38,793 nucleotides of DNA from Anaerolineaceae bacterium. GTDB taxonomy: Bacteria > Chloroflexota > Anaerolineae > Anaerolineales > Anaerolineaceae. The translations under genes were made by a program, and so were the position numbers. The notes below the pieces were generated by a model. It was not told where the DNA came from. It was given only the letters and a program-made list of their open reading frames with translations, and searched no databases. The stretch is taken from NCBI GenBank assembly GCA_034428975.1, contig DAOUGY010000385.1, positions 1 through 38,793 on the forward strand, given 5' to 3'. The stretch's first letter is position 1; the number at the start of each line of letters is the position of its first letter. Of the stretch, positions 34,016-38,793 are shown piece after piece.

Positions 34016-35206
34016 ATGATAGGCGGCGATCGAAAGAATCAGGTTTATCGAACCGGTTTGGGGGCGGACATCGCCTTTGCCGTGGCGCTGCTGGCGTCGT
34101 ATTTTGCGATGTTCAGCTCCTTCTCCACGTCCTCCGCGCTGGAAGTCACCCTTCTCATTGTGCTGGGAACCGCCTACCTGATGATCGGCATCTATGGCTA
34201 CAGTTTTGCTGGTAAGTCGGGGCAGCTCAAGATACAGCTGCTGTATTTTGCCGTGCAACTGCTGCTGGGCGCTGCGATTATATACTTAAGCAAAGGGTCG
34301 ATATACAATGCCCTGATCCTTCTGCCGCTGGCGGGTCACAGCGTGGTGATGCTGCCACCCAATGCCAGCTACCTGGTGAACCTGGCGATCACGCTGGCCT
34401 TTAGCATTGGAACATACATGTTGCCGGCTGGATGGTCCGGGTTGGTGGCGATTTTGCCGACCTTTCTCACCGGCCAGATTTTTATTGTTGTGTTTACCCA
34501 GATGGCGATCAGTGAAGAGCGTGCCCGGAAAGAAGTGGAGCGTTTGTTTGTGGAACTGGAAATGGCCAATCATCAGTTGCGCGAATATGCGGCTCAGGTG
34601 GAGGATCTGGCCATTGCCAATGAACGCAACCGTCTCGCGCGTGAAATACATGATGGGTTGGGGCATTATCTGACGACCATCCACATGCAAATTCAAGCCG
34701 GCCGGGCGGTGATTGACCAGGATCCGGAGCGGGCGCGCAAAGCTTTTTTGACGGCGCAATCTCTGGCGCAGGAAGCGCTGCAAGAAGTGCGGCGGTCGGT
34801 GTTTGCTCTGCGCGAATCGGCCAAATCGAGCCTCGGGCTGGAAGATTCGATTCAAGAGTTGATCCGCACGGATGACAACCCCGGATTGGACATTGAATTC
34901 AAGCTGCTCGGGGAGAAGCGCCCGCTGGCTGCGCAAGCGCAATTAACACTATTTCGAGCCGTGCAGGAAGGGATGAACAATGTGCGCAAGCACGCCAACG
35001 CCAGCCATGTGTGGATCGAACTCGATTTCAGCCTGGAGCAACGGGTACGCTTGAGTTTCCGCGACGATGGTGTGGGCAGTGAAGACCCCACCGGGGGCTT
35101 TGGGCTGATCGGCTTGAAGGAGCGGGTACAATTAATCAACGGCGATGTTCAGATTTCGAGCGCGCCGGGCCAGGGATTCTTAATCGAAGTGGTGGTGCCT
35201 GGATGA
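34016..35206 (+). CDS. Sensor histidine kinase (HisKA_3/NarX-LiaS-DesK type, multi-TM, no extracytoplasmic domain)
   Basis: About 5 N-terminal TM helices joined by short loops. H-box ERNRLAREIHDGLGH, N-box EGMNNVRKHA, and DDGVG / GFGLIGLKERV. Confidence 0.88.
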   Translation: MIGGDRKNQVYRTGLGADIAFAVALLASYFAMFSSFSTSSALEVTLLIVLGTAYLMIGIYGYSFAGKSGQLKIQLLYFAVQLLLGAAIIYLSKGSIYNALILLPLAGHSVVMLPPNASYLVNLAITLAFSIGTYMLPAGWSGLVAILPTFLTGQIFIVVFTQMAISEERARKEVERLFVELEMANHQLREYAAQVEDLAIANERNRLAREIHDGLGHYLTTIHMQIQAGRAVIDQDPERARKAFLTAQSLAQEALQEVRRSVFALRESAKSSLGLEDSIQELIRTDDNPGLDIEFKLLGEKRPLAAQAQLTLFRAVQEGMNNVRKHANASHVWIELDFSLEQRVRLSFRDDGVGSEDPTGGFGLIGLKERVQLINGDVQISSAPGQGFLIEVVVPG

Positions 35207-35859
35207 ACCAAGTAATTCGTGTCATGTTGGTGGACGACCAATCGTTGTTCCGTGAGGGATTGCGTACGCTGCTATCCGTCCAACCGGATTTTGAGGTGGT
35301 GGCAGAGGCGTCGAATGGTGAAGAGGCGTTGCGGTTGGCCGCTCAAAAGCACCCGCATGTAGTGCTGATGGATCTGCGCATGCCCGTGTTGGACGGCGTA
35401 TCTGCCACGCGGCGCATGCGCGAATTGTTCCCGGATATCCGTGTGCTTGCGCTGACGACCTTTGACGATGACGAGAATTTGTTTGGCGCTATTCGTGCTG
35501 GAGCGGTGGGTTATTTGCTCAAGGATATCTCATCCGACCGGCTGTTTGAAGCGCTGCGAACCGCAGCACGCGGCGAGTATTACCTGATGCCCTCCAGCAC
35601 CGCGCGAATTGTTGAGGAGTTCTCTCGCATTGCCGCGGCGCCAATTCAGCCGGCCACCCAGCTGCCCGACCCGCTGTCCGCGCGCGAAGTTGAAATCCTG
35701 CGGATGGTGGCAACCGGGGCGAGCAATCGTGAGATCGCGGACACGCTGGTCATTGCCGAAGGCACGGTAAAAAACCATCTGACCAGCATCCTGGCCAAAC
35801 TGAGCGCAAAGGACCGTATGCAGGCAGTGCTGCGGGCGCGCGAATTACGGATTATATAG
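35203..35859 (+). CDS. NarL/FixJ (LuxR-type HTH) response regulator
   Basis: The receiver shows MLVDDQ, VVLMDLRMPVLDG and LALTTF. The LuxR HTH reads LSAREVEILRMVATGASNREIADTLVIAEGTVKNHLTSILAKL. An ATGA overlap links it to the kinase. Confidence 0.92.
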   Translation: MNQVIRVMLVDDQSLFREGLRTLLSVQPDFEVVAEASNGEEALRLAAQKHPHVVLMDLRMPVLDGVSATRRMRELFPDIRVLALTTFDDDENLFGAIRAGAVGYLLKDISSDRLFEALRTAARGEYYLMPSSTARIVEEFSRIAAAPIQPATQLPDPLSAREVEILRMVATGASNREIADTLVIAEGTVKNHLTSILAKLSAKDRMQAVLRARELRII

Positions 35860-35980
35860 CACGGCGGGTCATATGACCGGCTGCACTGGACGTGAATGAC
35901 CCGAACCCGCGCTGTGACTGAAATCCCATGACATATGCCTCAAGACGATTTACACTTCTTCCACACAGGAAGGAAGCACG

Positions 35981-36895
35981 ATGGCACAACCTGAACCCAA
36001 CCCTATATTGATTCCTACGCCTTCGGATGAACCTGCAGATACGGCAAATTCGGCCAGCCGGACGGGTCCACGAATAACCGGCATGCATCGCAGCGGGTAT
36101 CTGGCCGGGGCGGTGCTGGTGACGATTGGACTGGTGATCCTGCTGGCCAATCAGATGCACACCGGCTGGCTGGCGCTAATTGTTTTCCCCGTTGTGGGTT
36201 TAATGCTGATTGTCAGCGGTGTGATCTCTCGAAGGTTGGTTTTTCTCATCCCTGGCGCGCTGATCGCTTTTTTGGGCGCAGGCGGGCTGCTGGCGGCTGG
36301 ACCCTGGCTGCCGGAATGGCCGGACAAGGTCGGTGGGCTGCTGATTTGCTTTGCACTGAGCTGGGCGGCCATCACGCTACTTTCGGCATTATTCACATCC
36401 TATTTGGCCTGGTGGGCGCTGATCCCTTTTGGTGTCATTTTGAGCCTGGGTTTGTGCTTCCTATGGACGCCGCTGCGCCTATTGGATTTCGTGTTGTACG
36501 GCGTGACCAGCGTCGGATTGGTTCTGCTCGGGTCGGGTATTTACACGCGCCTGTTTGGGCTGATCATCCCCGGCAGCCTGCTGCTGGGCATCGGCCCGGG
36601 GGTGTACGTGGCCTGGGGAACGCAAACTGCTACCAATGGACTGGTGCAAACAGGGATCATGCTGGTGTGGTTCTCGCTGGGTTGGGGACTGATCACGCTG
36701 TTCTCGCGAGTGATTACGGTGAAGTTCACGTGGTGGCCGTTGATTCCGGCGGGCGTGCTGCTGGCGGTGGGGTGGGGGCTGTATATCGGCGGCAACAGTG
36801 GACAGGCCCTGTCGTTTATTGGCAATACCGGATCGATCGGTTTGATTATTTTTGGGTTGTACCTGTTGCTGCTGCGCAGGGGGATCCATCGCTGA
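35981..36895 (+). CDS. Polytopic membrane protein with internal tandem duplication (unknown family)
   Basis: 304 aa and highly hydrophobic. ATG 35981 lies 6 nt after aggaagga. Two units of about 78 aa share RL..LIPG.L...G.G...G...F.L.W..ITL.S...WW.LIP.GV.L..G. Confidence 0.65.
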   Translation: MAQPEPNPILIPTPSDEPADTANSASRTGPRITGMHRSGYLAGAVLVTIGLVILLANQMHTGWLALIVFPVVGLMLIVSGVISRRLVFLIPGALIAFLGAGGLLAAGPWLPEWPDKVGGLLICFALSWAAITLLSALFTSYLAWWALIPFGVILSLGLCFLWTPLRLLDFVLYGVTSVGLVLLGSGIYTRLFGLIIPGSLLLGIGPGVYVAWGTQTATNGLVQTGIMLVWFSLGWGLITLFSRVITVKFTWWPLIPAGVLLAVGWGLYIGGNSGQALSFIGNTGSIGLIIFGLYLLLLRRGIHR

Positions 36896-36958
36896 AATTG
36901 ACCCCTAGCACGGCGAAACTGGTTGTGATATGATTGCACGTCGTCGAATTCCCCGGCC

Positions 36959-36982
36959 ACCGAGCCGGGGAAAATTAATCTG
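36959..36982 (+). terminator. Weak hairpin downstream of the membrane-protein gene
   Basis: 9-bp stem ttccccggc / gccggggaa with a 6-nt loop. No T-run follows, so terminator function is doubtful. Confidence 0.3.
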
Positions 36983-37009
36983 ATCTGCTTTGAAACAGGA
37001 AGACCTTAT

Positions 37010-38793
37010 ATGCTGGTTGAACGCACCGATTTACGTAATATTGCCATCATTGCCCATGTGGACCACGGAAAAACCACGCTGGTGGATGCCATGCTTAAGC
37101 AAGCGCGCGTCTTCCGCGAAAATCAACAGGTAGCTGAGCGCATCATGGATTCGAACGCGCTGGAACGCGAGCGCGGCATCACCATCCTGGCCAAGAACAC
37201 GGCGATTTTGCTGCCGGATCCACGCACCGGGAAAATGGTGAAAATCAACATTGTGGACACCCCGGGACACGCCGATTTTGGCGGTGAGGTGGAGCGCGTG
37301 ATGAACATGGTGGACGGCGTACTGCTGTTGGTGGACGCCGCTGAAGGGCCCATGCCGCAGACCCGGTTTGTGCTGAAGAAAGCGCTGCAAATGGGCCACC
37401 GTGCGATCGTGGTCATCAACAAGATGGACCGCAAGGACGCTGAGCCGGACCGCACGCTGAACGACACATTTGACCTGTTCGTTGAATTGGGCGCGGAAGA
37501 CCATCAGGCGGAATTCCCGATCATCTATGCCAACGGCATCACCGGGCAAGCCGGATCGACCGAGGATATGGGTCCCGATCTGCAGCCGTTGTTCGAAGCT
37601 ATTTTAAACGAAGTGCCGGCTCCTAAAGTGGACCCGGATGCACCGCTGCAGTTGCTGGTGACCAATCTGGGCTATGATGATTATCGCGGCGTCACTGCCA
37701 TGGGACGCATATTCGCCGGCAAGTTGATCGCCGGTCAGGAAGTGGCGCGCATCAAGACGGATGGGACGATCCTGCCGGAGCGCGCGCGTTACTTGTACAT
37801 TCATCAGGGTCTGGAACGCATTGAAGTGGACAGCGCTTCGGCGGGAGAGATCGTGGCGCTGTCCGGGCTGGAAGAAATCCAGATTGGCGAAACGCTGGCC
37901 GACCCACTCAACCCGGTGGCGTTGCCGCCCATCACGGTGGAAGAGCCGACGGTGCGCACGACCTTTGGCGTGAATACCTCGCCCTTTACCGGGCGTGCAG
38001 GCAAGTGGGGCACCTCTCGAAAGTTGCGTGAGCGCTTGTTGGATGAACTGCGCAAAAATGTGGCGCTGCGCGTGGAAGAAACTGAATCCACCGATACGTT
38101 CCTGGTTTCGGGGCGCGGTGAACTTCACCTGGCGATTTTGATTGAAACCATGCGGCGCGAAGGGTATGAATTCCAGGTGTCGCGTCCGGAAGCGATCATG
38201 AAAGCCGGCGAAAACGGTGAAATGCTGGAGCCGTTTGAAGAAGTGCATATCGACACCAGCGCTGAAACCGCCGGCGCGGTGGTGGAAATGCTCGGCACGC
38301 GGCGCGGCAAGATGATCGACATGCAAAATAACCCGGACGGCACGATGCACCTGAAGTATATCGTTCCGACGCGCGGTTTATTGGGCTTCCGCTACCAGTT
38401 CCTGACCGCTACGCGCGGCATGGGCGTGATGAACACCATCTTTAACGGATATGCTCCGATGGCCGGGCCGATTTCGTCGCGTGCGACCAGCTCGGTGGTG
38501 GCCTGGGAATCGGGAACCACCTACACCTATGGTCTGAAGAATGCAGAAGAACGTGCCACGCTGTTCATTGGCGCCGGTGTGGATGTGTACGAAGGCATGG
38601 TAGTGGGGGAGACCCCGCGTCCAACCGACCTGGTGGTAAATGTGTGCAAGCGCAAACACCTGACCAATATGCGCTCGTCCAACAAGGATATTGAAATTCG
38701 ATTGACTCCCCCGCGTAATTTGAGCCTGGACGAGGCGATTGAATTCCTGGCAGAAGACGAGCTTCTGGAAGTCACCCCGATCAACTTCCGTAT
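37010..38793 (+). CDS. typA: Translational GTPase TypA/BipA (3'-truncated by window edge)
   Basis: Not in the supplied ORF track because there is no stop codon before the window end; I read it directly. It begins [35 protein letters not shown]... and carries G1 [10 protein letters not shown]3 DTPGHADF and G4 NKMDR. The SD aggaag lies upstream. The long minus-strand ORFs here are antisense artefacts. Confidence 0.93.
   Translation, partial: MLVERTDLRNIAIIAHVDHGKTTLVDAMLKQARVFRENQQVAERIMDSNALERERGITILAKNTAILLPDPRTGKMVKINIVDTPGHADFGGEVERVMNMVDGVLLLVDAAEGPMPQTRFVLKKALQMGHRAIVVINKMDRKDAEPDRTLNDTFDLFVELGAEDHQAEFPIIYANGITGQAGSTEDMGPDLQPLFEAILNEVPAPKVDPDAPLQLLVTNLGYDDYRGVTAMGRIFAGKLIAGQEVARIKTDGTILPERARYLYIHQGLERIEVDSASAGEIVALSGLEEIQIGETLADPLNPVALPPITVEEPTVRTTFGVNTSPFTGRAGKWGTSRKLRERLLDELRKNVALRVEETESTDTFLVSGRGELHLAILIETMRREGYEFQVSRPEAIMKAGENGEMLEPFEEVHIDTSAETAGAVVEMLGTRRGKMIDMQNNPDGTMHLKYIVPTRGLLGFRYQFLTATRGMGVMNTIFNGYAPMAGPISSRATSSVVAWESGTTYTYGLKNAEERATLFIGAGVDVYEGMVVGETPRPTDLVVNVCKRKHLTNMRSSNKDIEIRLTPPRNLSLDEAIEFLAEDELLEVTPINFR

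Noticed and set aside
35867-35878. A perfect 12-nt palindrome, ggtcatatgacc, just after the NarL-type regulator stop. I considered it as an operator or a terminator.
   Set aside because: It is a single short palindrome with an effective stem of only 4-5 bp. It has no T-run and no second half-site or repeat elsewhere in the window, so the evidence is insufficient for either role.
37031-38659. Three long minus-strand ORFs (37031-37549, 37604-38350, 38378-38659), the only track entries covering the last 1.8 kb.
   Set aside because: The plus strand here encodes an open-ended TypA/BipA with canonical GTPase motifs from ATG 37010 onward. The track omits it only because it has no stop within the window. 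The minus ORFs are antisense artefacts.
1-38793. A search by eye for CRISPR arrays, IS or transposon ends, integrases, prophage genes, toxin-antitoxin pairs and known defence-system genes.
   Set aside because: I saw no regularly spaced direct repeats, no transposase- or integrase-like translations and no long inverted terminal repeats. The only tandem repeat is the coding TEAP linker. Short dispersed repeats cannot be excluded without a computational self-comparison.

Overview
The window is about 38.8 kb of gene-dense, roughly 55-60% GC bacterial chromosome. The protein repertoire looks Chloroflexota-like, but I cannot verify the taxon without a search. I support 35 protein-coding genes and found no rRNA, tRNA, CRISPR array, transposase or integrase. 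Most of the window is housekeeping. It contains lon (5' partial), a coiled-coil protein, and a minus-strand block coaD-recG-degV-yloV-asp23 that faces rpmB. Next come rpe plus a tail-anchored Ser/Thr kinase, in the same order as the Bacillus ylo/prkC locus. Further along are a CAX antiporter, an SH3b protein, DUF971, glnA and DUF362, followed by an FmdB zinc ribbon, trxA and murA (which carries Asp rather than Cys at the fosfomycin site). The rest comprises an alpha/beta hydrolase, a YyaL/DUF255 thioredoxin-domain protein, an ExeM/NucH-type lipoprotein nuclease, a CUT1-type ABC importer (two permeases plus a binding protein, no ATPase) and a lone B12-binding radical SAM enzyme. The window ends with a NarL-type two-component pair, an internally duplicated membrane protein, and typA/bipA (3' partial). 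typA is absent from the supplied ORF track because it runs off the window; I read it directly from the sequence. The best candidate for an undescribed system is a tightly packed six-gene operon at about 15.5-21.5 kb. It encodes a soluble Ser/Thr kinase with an 8-blade PQQ-like propeller, a PP2C phosphatase, a J-domain/vWA-MIDAS fusion, a zinc-ribbon FHA protein, an AT-rich 79-aa unknown and an orphan OmpR regulator. A near-consensus promoter and a strong intrinsic terminator bracket it. Several supplied ORF starts are over-extended and are corrected below using Shine-Dalgarno spacing and neighbour overlaps. All family assignments rest on motifs I can read in the translations, not on database searches.
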